A stretch of DNA of 64,000 bases. Origin: Escherichia phage UP19. This document shows positions 43,355 to 52,012 of this stretch, piece after piece (within the stretch, counting starts at the first letter, position 1; the number at the start of each line of letters is the position of its first letter). The stretch is taken from the sequence record OX638288. One strand, written 5' to 3'. Under the pieces are notes generated by a model. The model was not told where the DNA came from. It worked only from the letters and a program-made list of their open reading frames with translations, and searched no databases. The position numbers were made by a program, and so were the translations under genes.

Positions 43355-44244
43355 GTTTGTTTATCGTTCCTATTTTCAGTATGCGTAGTTACGAAACAGG
43401 TGAATATGCCGTCCTTAAGGACGGCAATTTTCAACTCCATTTAAATCGTGCTCGTCCAGGTGATTATCTGGCTTATCCTAGAAATTCGAGCGATATCAAA
43501 GAATGCATTGAATTATTCCCAGAACTGAATTTCGTACCACTTTGGTATAAAGAAAATGCTTATGAAACCCGTAAACATTTCTGGTCTGAAAATGAGTTTG
43601 TAGTCGATTCACTAATCGAATACTATGATTGCTCAGGACTGGTGACCGATATCACCGGTTATGATGGTGCTCATACTGTACAATTCAACTTTAATATCAC
43701 AATGGACCCTGAAGTTCCTCGTTATTATATCGACGAGTTCATTGATATTGATGTGGCTTCAGTTGAACGTTCACTTTATACTACAGTCTTGAATCAATGC
43801 CAGAAAGACGTCCTGGTGTCACGAGGTGCATCCTCTGATAAGATTTTTGTAGACCAAAAGGTAATTAATCCTGCAGTAATTGAGCGTTACTCTGAAGGTC
43901 TAGCGCCTATTAAAATTGATGGTATTTTCCATCCATTCCGTATTTCGGATAAGTGTTATCAATTCGAAAGAGTTGTAGACCAAGCTGCCGCTGAAGGTGC
44001 TCGTCTTTATATCACCGACCCTAATGATTCATTTAAGCGCGAAGACTATCGTCCTGATGTAGAGATTATTAAATTCAAACCGAGTAAGGTTGAATATTAT
44101 CAAATTCTGAAATCAAGACCACATATCATTTATCATGAGAACCCAGGTTTAGTATTCCATCCTGGTCTGGCTGAATTCATTTATTTTGGTGCCAATATTC
44201 ATTCTGAATACGAAATGCCACGTTATGAGGACGTAGTATGCTAG
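43351..44244 (+). CDS. hypothetical protein in beta-glucosyltransferase position; candidate DNA-modifying transferase (297 aa)
   Basis: ORF track; positional replacement of T4 beta-gt between 42 and uvsX; no recognisable similarity to T4 beta-gt as recalled. Confidence 0.6.
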   Translation: MSLFIVPIFSMRSYETGEYAVLKDGNFQLHLNRARPGDYLAYPRNSSDIKECIELFPELNFVPLWYKENAYETRKHFWSENEFVVDSLIEYYDCSGLVTDITGYDGAHTVQFNFNITMDPEVPRYYIDEFIDIDVASVERSLYTTVLNQCQKDVLVSRGASSDKIFVDQKVINPAVIERYSEGLAPIKIDGIFHPFRISDKCYQFERVVDQAAAEGARLYITDPNDSFKREDYRPDVEIIKFKPSKVEYYQILKSRPHIIYHENPGLVFHPGLAEFIYFGANIHSEYEMPRYEDVVC

Positions 44245-44369
44245 GTCCTCTATTGCTTTTTATAGGTTTGTTATTATTCTCTTTCGGAGGCTTGCTATTA
44301 TTAGTGTGGCTCGAGAAACGAGAAGTTCGGAAGATAGTCGATAAGGCTATCAACCGAGGAATTAAGTAA
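44238..44369 (+). CDS. small hydrophobic protein (43 aa), below ORF-track cutoff
   Basis: translated by eye; overlaps preceding stop. Confidence 0.3.
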   Translation: MLGPLLLFIGLLLFSFGGLLLLVWLEKREVRKIVDKAINRGIK

Positions 44370-44446
44370 TGCTGTAGCTGTGAAGTGATATAATTACCCT
44401 ATCTTAAAACGTGAGAAAAATATAATGATGCCTATGGAAAAATATA

Positions 44447-45619
44447 ATGTCTGATTTAAAATCCCGTTTGATTAAAGCTTCTACTTCTAAAATGACTGCC
44501 GACCTGACCAAATCTAAATTGTTTAATGGTCGTGACGAAGTTCCTACTCGTATTCCTATGCTTAATATTGCATTGGGTGGTGCGTTGAATGCAGGCTTAC
44601 AATCAGGTTTGACAATCTTTGCTGCACCGTCTAAACACTTTAAAACGTTGTTTGGATTAACTATGGTTGCGGCATATATGAAGAAATATCCAGACGCAAT
44701 TTGCTTGTTCTATGACTCTGAGTTCGGTGCTTCAGAATCTTATTTCCGTTCAATGGGTGTTGACCTGGAACGTGTGGTTCATACGCCAATCCAGTCAGTC
44801 GAACAACTGAAGGTTGACATGACCAACCAATTAGAAGAAATTACTCGTGGTGAAAAGGTTATTATCTTTATCGACTCCATCGGTAACACTGCTTCTAAGA
44901 AAGAAACCGAAGATGCTTTGAACGAGAAAGTTGTAGGTGATATGACTCGTGCTAAGTCTCTGAAATCTCTGTTCCGTATCGTAACACCTTATCTGACTAT
45001 CAAGGATATTCCTTGCGTAGCAATTAACCATACGGCTATGGAAATTGGTGGAATGTATCCTAAAGAGATTATGGGTGGTGGTACTGGTATTCTGTACTCT
45101 GCTTCTACCGTATTCTTTATCTCTAAACGTCAGGTTAAAGATGGTACCGAGCTCACTGGTTATGACTTCACCCTGAAGGCCGAAAAATCTCGTACTGTTA
45201 AAGAGAAATCAACGTTCCCAATTACTGTGAACTTTGAAGGTGGTATCGACCCGTTTAGTGGTCTGCTCGAAATGGCTACTGATATTGGCTTTGTCGTGAA
45301 ACCTAAAGCTGGTTGGTATAATCGTGCATTCCTTGACGAAACCACGGGTGAAATGGTTCAAGAAGAAAAATCATGGCGTGCTAAAGCTACCGATTGTGTC
45401 GAGTTCTGGGGACCACTGTTTAAACATGCTCCATTCCGTGAAGCAATCGAGAATAAGTATAAGCTCGGTGCAATTAATTCTATTAAAGAAGTCGATGATG
45501 CAGTGAACGACCTTATTAACTCTCGTGTCTCTAAGAACGTTGCAGTTAAATTGAGCGGTGACACTCAAAGCGCTGCTGATATCGAAAACGATTTAGAAGA
45601 GATGGATTTAGATGACTGA
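44447..45619 (+). CDS. uvsX: recombinase UvsX (RecA-like), 390 aa
   Basis: MSDLKSRLIKASTSK...FAAPSKHFKT matches T4 UvsX as recalled. Confidence 0.95.
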   Translation: MSDLKSRLIKASTSKMTADLTKSKLFNGRDEVPTRIPMLNIALGGALNAGLQSGLTIFAAPSKHFKTLFGLTMVAAYMKKYPDAICLFYDSEFGASESYFRSMGVDLERVVHTPIQSVEQLKVDMTNQLEEITRGEKVIIFIDSIGNTASKKETEDALNEKVVGDMTRAKSLKSLFRIVTPYLTIKDIPCVAINHTAMEIGGMYPKEIMGGGTGILYSASTVFFISKRQVKDGTELTGYDFTLKAEKSRTVKEKSTFPITVNFEGGIDPFSGLLEMATDIGFVVKPKAGWYNRAFLDETTGEMVQEEKSWRAKATDCVEFWGPLFKHAPFREAIENKYKLGAINSIKEVDDAVNDLINSRVSKNVAVKLSGDTQSAADIENDLEEMDLDD

Positions 45620-45941
45620 TTTATCTGATTTAGATAATTTTGTTAAAGATACTGAAGAGGGTCCTAGTGACCCTCGGTATTATGAGAAATCGTTAGATAT
45701 AATCCGTAAGTCAATGGGTTCTGTTAAGCAGGAAATTATGCTTACATTACCTGATGGCACTGCTCACATCGTTTATGTGATGAATATTGTTATTGAGAAA
45801 GATGGAAAAGTGTCGGTTGATTTCGGAACGCCTTCCGAAGACCGAAAAGAAGAGCTAGCGCTTCATGTAGAAAAATGTGTTACAATGCAAATACAAGAAG
45901 AACTGGATAAAATTAAATCTAAGAGGTGGTGGAAGTGGTAG
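45612..45941 (+). CDS. 40: gene 40-like protein by position (109 aa)
   Basis: ORF between uvsX and 41 as in T4; sequence identity not verified. Confidence 0.45.
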   Translation: MTDLSDLDNFVKDTEEGPSDPRYYEKSLDIIRKSMGSVKQEIMLTLPDGTAHIVYVMNIVIEKDGKVSVDFGTPSEDRKEELALHVEKCVTMQIQEELDKIKSKRWWKW

Positions 45942-47365
45942 AAACTATTTTGGCTCAACTGCTAGGCAATAGTGATTATTTCACTAAGGTCTGGCCTTAT
46001 ATGAATGATTCTTATTTTGACCAGGGTCCGGCAAAGACCCTTTTCAAAGAAATCAAAAAACATGTCAATGAATATAATGCGGTGCCTTCTAAAAATGCTT
46101 TGAGTATTGCATTAGATAACAGCACCCTTTCAGAAGTTGAACATCAAGGAGCTAAAGAGCTTTTAAATTCTCTGAATGCAGGCCCTGAAGACCAAGAATG
46201 GTTGGTTAAAGAGACAGAGAAATATGTTCAGAAGGCAGCGATGTATAATGCCACTTCAAAAATTATTGAAATTCAAACTAATGCAGACCTTCCGGTTGAG
46301 CAACAAAATAGAAAACTCCCAGGTATTGGTGCTATTCCAGATATCATGCGTGATGCATTATCGATTTGTTTCGATTCTGAATTAGGCCATGACTGGATGG
46401 ATGACTATGAAGAACGTTTTAAAAGTTATTCTGATAAAGCCCGTAAGGTTCCATTCCGACTTAATATTCTGAATAAGATTACTAAGGGTGGAGCAGAGTT
46501 TGGTACTGAAAACGTATTGTTGGCAGGGACAAACGTAGGTAAGTCTCTTGGACTATGTTCATTGGCTGCTGATTACCTTCAATCCGGTTATGATGTTCTT
46601 TATATCTCCATGGAGATGGCAGAGGAAGTATGTGCTAAGCGTATCGATGCTAACCTTCTGGATGTATCACTGGATGATATCGATGATGGTCACGTCTCAT
46701 GGCCTGAATATAAAGCTAAGATGGATAAATGGCGTTCAACTGCTACTTTAGGTCGTTTAAAGATTAAACAGTATCCTACTGGTGGCGCGAATGCCGATAC
46801 ATTCCGTGCATTGTTAAACGAATACAAGCTCAAACAAAACTTTGTCCCACAGGTCGTTATCGTCGACTACTTGGCTATCTGTGCTTCATCCCGTACGAAA
46901 GTTTTCTCTGAAAACAGTTATGGATTGATTAAGATGGTTGCCGAAGAACTACGTGGACTTGCAGTAGAGAAGAAATTATTGTTGTGGACTGCAGCCCAGA
47001 CTACTCGTGGTGCGAACGTTGCCGCCGAAATCGATATGGCTGATATCGCTGAATCCTTTGGTATTGCACATACTGCAGACTTCATGTTAGGTGTGGTCGA
47101 GACAGAAGAGTTTGCTCAGATGGGTATGCAGATGGTTAAGCAGCTTAAATCTCGTTATGGTGATAAGAGCTACTACAACAAATTTAAGATTGGTGTTAAG
47201 AAAGGAAACCAGCGTTGGTATGAAGTTGAAGACGATTCTAACCCAGGTCCAGTGAACACTGTTCGTGAGGCTACAGGTGAAATGAACCGCCAAGCAGAGG
47301 TCAATCGCCAGTCGCGTGTTAATAGAAGTGATTTAGACGATTTAGCAGCATCTATCAAATTTTAA
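45935..47365 (+). CDS. 41: replicative DNA helicase gp41 (DnaB-like), 476 aa, GTG start
   Basis: ORF track 45926..47365 trimmed to GTG 8 nt after AAGAGG giving MVETIL...; Walker A GTNVGKS; matches T4 gp41 as recalled. Confidence 0.93.
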   Translation: MVETILAQLLGNSDYFTKVWPYMNDSYFDQGPAKTLFKEIKKHVNEYNAVPSKNALSIALDNSTLSEVEHQGAKELLNSLNAGPEDQEWLVKETEKYVQKAAMYNATSKIIEIQTNADLPVEQQNRKLPGIGAIPDIMRDALSICFDSELGHDWMDDYEERFKSYSDKARKVPFRLNILNKITKGGAEFGTENVLLAGTNVGKSLGLCSLAADYLQSGYDVLYISMEMAEEVCAKRIDANLLDVSLDDIDDGHVSWPEYKAKMDKWRSTATLGRLKIKQYPTGGANADTFRALLNEYKLKQNFVPQVVIVDYLAICASSRTKVFSENSYGLIKMVAEELRGLAVEKKLLLWTAAQTTRGANVAAEIDMADIAESFGIAHTADFMLGVVETEEFAQMGMQMVKQLKSRYGDKSYYNKFKIGVKKGNQRWYEVEDDSNPGPVNTVREATGEMNRQAEVNRQSRVNRSDLDDLAASIKF

Positions 47366-47385
47366 GGAGCTTCGGCTCCTTTTTT
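47366..47385 (+). terminator. rho-independent terminator
   Basis: GGAGC-TTCG-GCTCC followed by TTTTTT. Confidence 0.7.
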
Positions 47386-47394
47386 GTTTTAAGG

Positions 47395-47423
47395 GTTTAC
47401 ATCTCCTATAGGCATGATACTAT
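47395..47423 (+). promoter_or_regulatory. T4-type early promoter (GTTTAC 47395-47400, TACTAT 47418-47423)
   Basis: 17-nt spacer; followed by 'tatagacctatcaa'. Confidence 0.6.
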
Positions 47424-47447
47424 AGACCTATCAACTTGGAGAACAAA

Positions 47448-47765
47448 ATGAAAACCATCGACTGTAAAGCAGAATATAAAGTGTATTATCACGGAAGTTG
47501 TAGTGTTGCTAATATTGGTAATATGCTTTGTCCTCCTGAGGAAACAGGAGTTCTGTCTGAAACTGGTCGTAAGAAAAACCTAAATCGTGTGTTCTTTACT
47601 GAAGATATCGGTTTGGCTAAGATTTATGCTGGACGAGCTGCTCGTTCAGTGGGAGGAGAACCTCGTCTTTATCGTGTAATTGCTCCGGTAGATGTGGTTT
47701 GTTTAAATGATACTAAAGGCGCCACGGTTTATCATGCTGAATGGGCCTTCTGTGAGGAAATCTAA
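47448..47765 (+). CDS. hypothetical protein (105 aa)
   Basis: ORF track 47436..47765 (TTG) trimmed to ATG after GGAGA. Confidence 0.5.
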   Translation: MKTIDCKAEYKVYYHGSCSVANIGNMLCPPEETGVLSETGRKKNLNRVFFTEDIGLAKIYAGRAARSVGGEPRLYRVIAPVDVVCLNDTKGATVYHAEWAFCEEI

Positions 47766-47766
47766 A

Positions 47767-47973
47767 ATGCGTAAATTAGAAGAGATCGTAGTGTTTATTG
47801 GTTGGTTTGAAAATGGTAATATGTTTACCAAAGAAACTGCGCTGGATGTTAGTGACCAAAAAATGATTGAATGGGTTACAGTGCAGTATGCAGAAGTGAA
47901 TAATGCACTGGTGAAAGCCTTTGTTAATGACAATAAAGTTTTTGAATATGATGCCCGCATTGAGGAAATCTAA
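47767..47973 (+). CDS. hypothetical protein (68 aa)
   Basis: ORF track 47707..47973 trimmed to ATG after GAGGAAA. Confidence 0.5.
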   Translation: MRKLEEIVVFIGWFENGNMFTKETALDVSDQKMIEWVTVQYAEVNNALVKAFVNDNKVFEYDARIEEI

Positions 47974-48114
47974 ATGGAAGAGGTTGAATGTGTAGTATGT
48001 GGTTGTTCGGTATGTGAAGACCAGGCGGTATTTGATGCTTGGGACAACGCAACTTGTTTAGACTGCGATAGCGAATACGAAGAAATTGCTCATAAACATG
48101 AAGACGAGGAATAA
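47974..48114 (+). CDS. small Cys-rich zinc-binding protein (46 aa), below ORF-track cutoff
   Basis: translated by eye; CVVCGCSVC...C...C. Confidence 0.4.
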   Translation: MEEVECVVCGCSVCEDQAVFDAWDNATCLDCDSEYEEIAHKHEDEE

Positions 48115-48378
48115 ATGAATATTCAAATTATGAAGCCTGTTAAAAGTGGCTTTTGGGACCGGTCTTTCGGTAAGCATAAGATTTATGCAGATCGTATTAA
48201 CAGTCGCTGGGAACTTGTCCTTTCTCAGGAAACTAAAGGTGAAATGGATTTTGTAGAGTTCTACGAATTTACTGTTCGTCCTACTAAGCGCCAGATTCGT
48301 CAGTGCAAAAAAGCTTTTCGTGCTTATGTCGGCGGTGAGGTTCTCCGTCGTCAACGTCGTCTGATAATGGAATCATAG
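48115..48378 (+). CDS. hypothetical basic protein (87 aa); paralogue of 49200..49421
   Basis: shared motif VRPTKRQ(I/L)R...KKA.R. Confidence 0.5.
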   Translation: MNIQIMKPVKSGFWDRSFGKHKIYADRINSRWELVLSQETKGEMDFVEFYEFTVRPTKRQIRQCKKAFRAYVGGEVLRRQRRLIMES

Positions 48379-48413
48379 TTAGTAACTTTAGATTACGCTA
48401 AAGTAAAATAAGT

Positions 48414-48443
48414 GTTTACAACGGTCTATGGTAATGATACTAT
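48414..48443 (+). promoter_or_regulatory. T4-type early promoter (GTTTAC 48414-48419, TACTAT 48438-48443)
   Basis: 18-nt spacer. Confidence 0.55.
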
Positions 48444-48471
48444 GGACCTATCAACTAACTAGGAGTTAAAA

Positions 48472-48765
48472 ATGAAAAAGTTATTAATCGCAGCAATCCT
48501 TACAGTAGCATCATGTGGCACGGCTCCGGTAACGGCCGGTTATGACGCAGACCTTTGTGAGTGGTCTATGACTGCCGATCAAGAAGCAGTTGAGCATCAG
48601 ATTTATGCCGATATCATGAACATCACTAAACGTGACCGTCCTGATATGGTTAAAGAAGTATCTGACCAATTGGCTTCTAGCGGTGTTATGCAGTATAACT
48701 ATGTTCTGTACTGTGATGCTAATTTCGATAACAAAAATATCGTTAAAGAGGTGACAGGTGAATAA
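48472..48765 (+). CDS. sp: Spackle periplasmic superinfection-exclusion protein (97 aa)
   Basis: signal peptide; GYDADLCEWSMTADQ...VMQYNYVLYCD matches T4 Sp as recalled; located between 41 and 61. Confidence 0.85.
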   Translation: MKKLLIAAILTVASCGTAPVTAGYDADLCEWSMTADQEAVEHQIYADIMNITKRDRPDMVKEVSDQLASSGVMQYNYVLYCDANFDNKNIVKEVTGE

Positions 48766-49198
48766 GATTAACAGAAATTTGGTTATCAAAAAACTTCGTT
48801 GTAAAAATCCAAATGCCCAGGCATACAGAATGTATTGGAGCGACGACCACCAGTACCTGGGCTATTTTCTTGTTGATAGTGATGATAGGATTGTATTTGC
48901 CCATAAACTTCTTAATAGAGAATTAAATCACTGGCAAGAACTTATTGCTGTTAAGTCTAAATTATTTTCGCGCAATACAATACACCAATTGGTTTATTTT
49001 TTCGCTGATGGTTTTCCTGACAAGGTTGAATTTGAAGGATTCGAATTTAAAGATATCCTCCCGGACAACGAATTGAACGACTGCGTTAATATGGATATCC
49101 CTAGCAAGTATATCAAAAATAGCCTGTTGAAAATTCTGGAAGCCCCAGTTTATTCAATTGACGACCAGATTTTTAATGCCTTTATGAATCGAGGTTGA
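48758..49198 (+). CDS. hypothetical protein (146 aa)
   Basis: ORF track. Confidence 0.55.
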   Translation: MNKINRNLVIKKLRCKNPNAQAYRMYWSDDHQYLGYFLVDSDDRIVFAHKLLNRELNHWQELIAVKSKLFSRNTIHQLVYFFADGFPDKVEFEGFEFKDILPDNELNDCVNMDIPSKYIKNSLLKILEAPVYSIDDQIFNAFMNRG

Positions 49199-49199
49199 T

Positions 49200-49421
49200 A
49201 TGTTTGTTTTAACTCAATTCTCTAAAGCGGTATATGGTTACTCCTGCCAGTGGGAAGTCTTTATTGATTCTCCTTCACCTAAGTATGGTGTTTTTGGACG
49301 AGTAACTACTCAAGCTTATGTTGTACGGCCAACTAAGCGCCAGCTTCGTAAACTTAAAAAGGCCCATCGTAAACTGATTAAAAGAAGGGAACAATATGAG
49401 TGCAATGTGTACGGGCTCTAA
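49200..49421 (+). CDS. hypothetical basic protein (73 aa); paralogue of 48115..48378
   Basis: shared VRPTKRQLRKLKKAHR motif. Confidence 0.5.
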   Translation: MFVLTQFSKAVYGYSCQWEVFIDSPSPKYGVFGRVTTQAYVVRPTKRQLRKLKKAHRKLIKRREQYECNVYGL

Positions 49422-49587
49422 GATTTCTGTATTCGAGTTGTTCGAAGAATATGAAATCGTATCAAAAGACCAAGAAGCTATCCATGTTATTGCTGATGAT
49501 GGTGTGACCTGGATTATCCCACTTTACCACGAAGATACGTACGAAGTCACTGACGCCAACGGTGACAAAGCTATTTTCGTAATATAA
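49396..49587 (+). CDS. hypothetical acidic protein (63 aa)
   Basis: ORF track. Confidence 0.45.
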   Translation: MSAMCTGSKISVFELFEEYEIVSKDQEAIHVIADDGVTWIIPLYHEDTYEVTDANGDKAIFVI

Positions 49588-49590
49588 ATA
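49583..49590 (+). promoter_or_regulatory. late promoter motif TATAAATA
   Basis: exact TATAAATA overlapping upstream stop, 14 nt before AGGAG SD. Confidence 0.45.
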
Positions 49591-49603
49591 AGGCCAGGAG
49601 CCT

Positions 49604-49786
49604 ATGAAATCTTTTAAAGAAGTTATGAACGAAGATATGGTCGCAGGCGATGCAGGTGGAAACCCATCTAATATTGCCTCCGGAACTACCTCAGGTGCAG
49701 TTGTCAACAAAGGGCCTGAACAAATCCCATCTAAAAAGCGTAAAGAAAATCCGAAAACGAATGATATAATGGCTCTATTAATTTAG
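49604..49786 (+). CDS. hypothetical low-complexity protein (60 aa)
   Basis: ORF track; AGGAG SD. Confidence 0.45.
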   Translation: MKSFKEVMNEDMVAGDAGGNPSNIASGTTSGAVVNKGPEQIPSKKRKENPKTNDIMALLI

Positions 49787-49802
49787 AGCCCAAGGAAAAA
49801 TA

Positions 49803-50831
49803 ATGTCATATGTCGATAGAGAATTTGCTGTACGTGCCTTGAATTACCAACCTAAATTCAGACAAGTAACCGGTAGTGATTTTAAATTAAATTGTCGTTG
49901 TCGTGTGTGTGGTGACTCACAAAAAGATGAGAACAAAGCTCGTTTTTGGGCCTATCCGGCCAATGACGGCTCTGTAATGCTACACTGTTTTAACTGTGAT
50001 TATTCGGCAGGAATTAAGAAGTACCTATACGAATATGAGCCTGATTTATATCGCGAATATATTCTTGAGAAACATAAAGAGCAATCGTTTGGGAGACAAG
50101 CTGCACCTAAGGTGGAGATATCTGAAAAAATTAAAGCTAAGATGCCTGTCATTGAAAAGCTTAATTTCTGTGAACGATTAGATAGAATGCCGAAAGACCA
50201 TCCTATTATTAAGTATGTAACTCTGCGGTGCATTCCTGAAAATAAATGGAATCGGTTATGGTTTACTAAAGAATGGCCTGCATTGGTGAATTCTGTTAAT
50301 CCGGGGACCTATTCCAAAGAAATGCCTGAACCACGTTTGGTTATTCCAATTTTCAATAAGAATAAACAAATTGAAAGTTTTCAGGGCCGAGCCTTGCGTA
50401 AAGATGCTCCACAAAAATATATTACAATAAAAGCTCATGACCAAGCTACAAAAATATATGGAATGGATACAGTTGACGAACGTCAATTGGTGTGGGTAAT
50501 GGAAGGTCCTATTGATTCATTATTCGTACCTAATGCAATAGCAATTACTGGTGGGTCGTTGGACTTGGCTATGGTTCCATGTAAAGAAACTCGTGCTTGG
50601 GTAATGGACAATGAACCCCGTCATCCTGACACAATTAAGCGTATGCAACGATTAGTTGATGCCGGCGAAAGGGTTCTATTCTGGGACAAGGCTCCATGGC
50701 CTTCTAAAGATATAAATGATATGGTTATGAAAGATAAAGCTGATATAAATGATGTATTGGCATATATGAAAGCTAATATAGCCCAAGGGTTAATGGCAAA
50801 AATGAGGCTTTCAAAATATTCTAAAATTTAG
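49803..50831 (+). CDS. 61: DNA primase gp61 (342 aa)
   Basis: zinc ribbon CRCRVCGDSQKDENKAR; matches T4 gp61 as recalled. Confidence 0.93.
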   Translation: MSYVDREFAVRALNYQPKFRQVTGSDFKLNCRCRVCGDSQKDENKARFWAYPANDGSVMLHCFNCDYSAGIKKYLYEYEPDLYREYILEKHKEQSFGRQAAPKVEISEKIKAKMPVIEKLNFCERLDRMPKDHPIIKYVTLRCIPENKWNRLWFTKEWPALVNSVNPGTYSKEMPEPRLVIPIFNKNKQIESFQGRALRKDAPQKYITIKAHDQATKIYGMDTVDERQLVWVMEGPIDSLFVPNAIAITGGSLDLAMVPCKETRAWVMDNEPRHPDTIKRMQRLVDAGERVLFWDKAPWPSKDINDMVMKDKADINDVLAYMKANIAQGLMAKMRLSKYSKI

Positions 50832-51028
50832 ACAGGAACTCCGCTAAAGAATCCAATTATGCTTAATACGTGTTCCATTGTAACCGCTGGTAAAATTACC
50901 CCTTGGCTAGCGGCTACAGGAACTACTAAAAGATTCCAAAGGAATACGTCTAGCGCAAGAAAACCTAACATCATTTTCTTGTCTTTCTTTTCAGCCAATT
51001 TCCAGATTTGGTAAAAAATACTACCCAT
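50828..51028 (-). CDS. small membrane protein (66 aa), only convincing minus-strand gene
   Basis: ORF track; perfect AGGAGG SD 6 nt upstream on minus strand; convergent with gene 61. Confidence 0.6.
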   Translation of the reverse strand: MGSIFYQIWKLAEKKDKKMMLGFLALDVFLWNLLVVPVAASQGVILPAVTMEHVLSIIGFFSGVPV

Positions 51029-51122
51029 GTTATCCTCCTGTTAAATTAATATTTATTCGCTTTAATCTAGCAGTTTATAATTATCTAACTTACTAACAAA
51101 TGAATTGATAAGGAAAAATATA

Positions 51123-51644
51123 ATGGCTCATTTTAATGAATGTTCTCAACTTATTGCCGGTGCCGATAAAGCTGAAGAAGCTTATTTTAATGCTCTGATT
51201 CACGAAGATAAAGACCCTCTACAGGTTATGCTTGATATGCAGAAATCTTTGCAGGTTCGTTTAGCTAAAGATAAGCCTGAATATAATCGTCATCCTGATG
51301 ATTTGGCCACTGCGGGTGAAGTTGTCGATTGGCTTCGCAACCAGAAAGATTATATTGATGACGAATTCCGTGAACTTCTGACTTCTCTTGGTGGTATGAG
51401 CAATGGTGAAAAAGATGCATCTGCAGTATGGAAGCCTTGGAAAGCTCAACATGCTGAACGTCGTGAAACCCTGATTAACGATTTGTCTCCTGAAGACCAG
51501 CTCGAAATTAAATTCGAAATGATTGATATTCTGCACTTTGTTCTGAATATGTTCCAGGGTCTTGGACTGACCGCTGAAGAAATCTTTAAACTGTATTACC
51601 TGAAAAATGCCGAGAACTTTGCTCGTCAAGACCGAGGTTATTAA
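51123..51644 (+). CDS. 56: dCTPase/dUTPase gp56 (173 aa)
   Basis: ORF track 51105..51644 trimmed; MAHFNEC...DPLQVMLDMQ...FRELLTSLG matches T4 gp56 as recalled. Confidence 0.9.
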   Translation: MAHFNECSQLIAGADKAEEAYFNALIHEDKDPLQVMLDMQKSLQVRLAKDKPEYNRHPDDLATAGEVVDWLRNQKDYIDDEFRELLTSLGGMSNGEKDASAVWKPWKAQHAERRETLINDLSPEDQLEIKFEMIDILHFVLNMFQGLGLTAEEIFKLYYLKNAENFARQDRGY

Positions 51645-51646
51645 GT

Positions 51647-51654
51647 TATAAATA
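51647..51654 (+). promoter_or_regulatory. late promoter TATAAATA upstream of soc
   Basis: exact TATAAATA 32 nt upstream of soc ATG. Confidence 0.6.
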
Positions 51655-51685
51655 CACCTGTAATTAAACAACAAAGGAGTTAATT

Positions 51686-51919
51686 ATGGGTGGTTTCGTT
51701 AATATCAAAACCTTTACGCATCCAGCTGGTGAAGGTAAAGAAGTTAAAGGTACTGAGGTTTCAGTTCCGTTTGAAATCTATTCAAATGAGCATCGTATTG
51801 CCAATGCTCATTATCAGACTTTCCCTTCGGCCGTTGCAGCCTATACTACTGTAGTGACTGATGCAGCCGATTGGCGAACTAAGAACGCGGCGATGTTTAC
51901 GCCAACTGATATTGTTTAA
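51686..51919 (+). CDS. soc: small outer capsid protein Soc (77 aa)
   Basis: GFVNIKTF...AHYQTFPS matches T4 Soc as recalled. Confidence 0.85.
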   Translation: MGGFVNIKTFTHPAGEGKEVKGTEVSVPFEIYSNEHRIANAHYQTFPSAVAAYTTVVTDAADWRTKNAAMFTPTDIV

Positions 51920-51925
51920 TTATAA

Positions 51926-51946
51926 GGAACCTTCGGGTTCCTTTTT
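51926..51946 (+). terminator. rho-independent terminator
   Basis: GGAACC-TTCG-GGTTCC followed by TTTTT. Confidence 0.7.
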
Positions 51947-51956
51947 CGTTTTAAGG

Positions 51957-51994
51957 GTTTACTTTATAGGAGGGTTATGATAAGATGGTCTTAT
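51957..51994 (+). promoter_or_regulatory. early-promoter-like GTTTAC followed by palindrome ATAAGA-TGG-TCTTAT
   Basis: GTTTAC at 51957-51962; -10 not canonical. Confidence 0.35.
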
Positions 51995-52012
51995 CTTATA
52001 GAGGAGAACACT

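Noticed and set aside
43351-44244. Calling this ORF a beta-glucosyltransferase orthologue
   Set aside because: Only positional equivalence; I see no sequence resemblance to T4 beta-gt, so it is left as a candidate transferase of unknown specificity.
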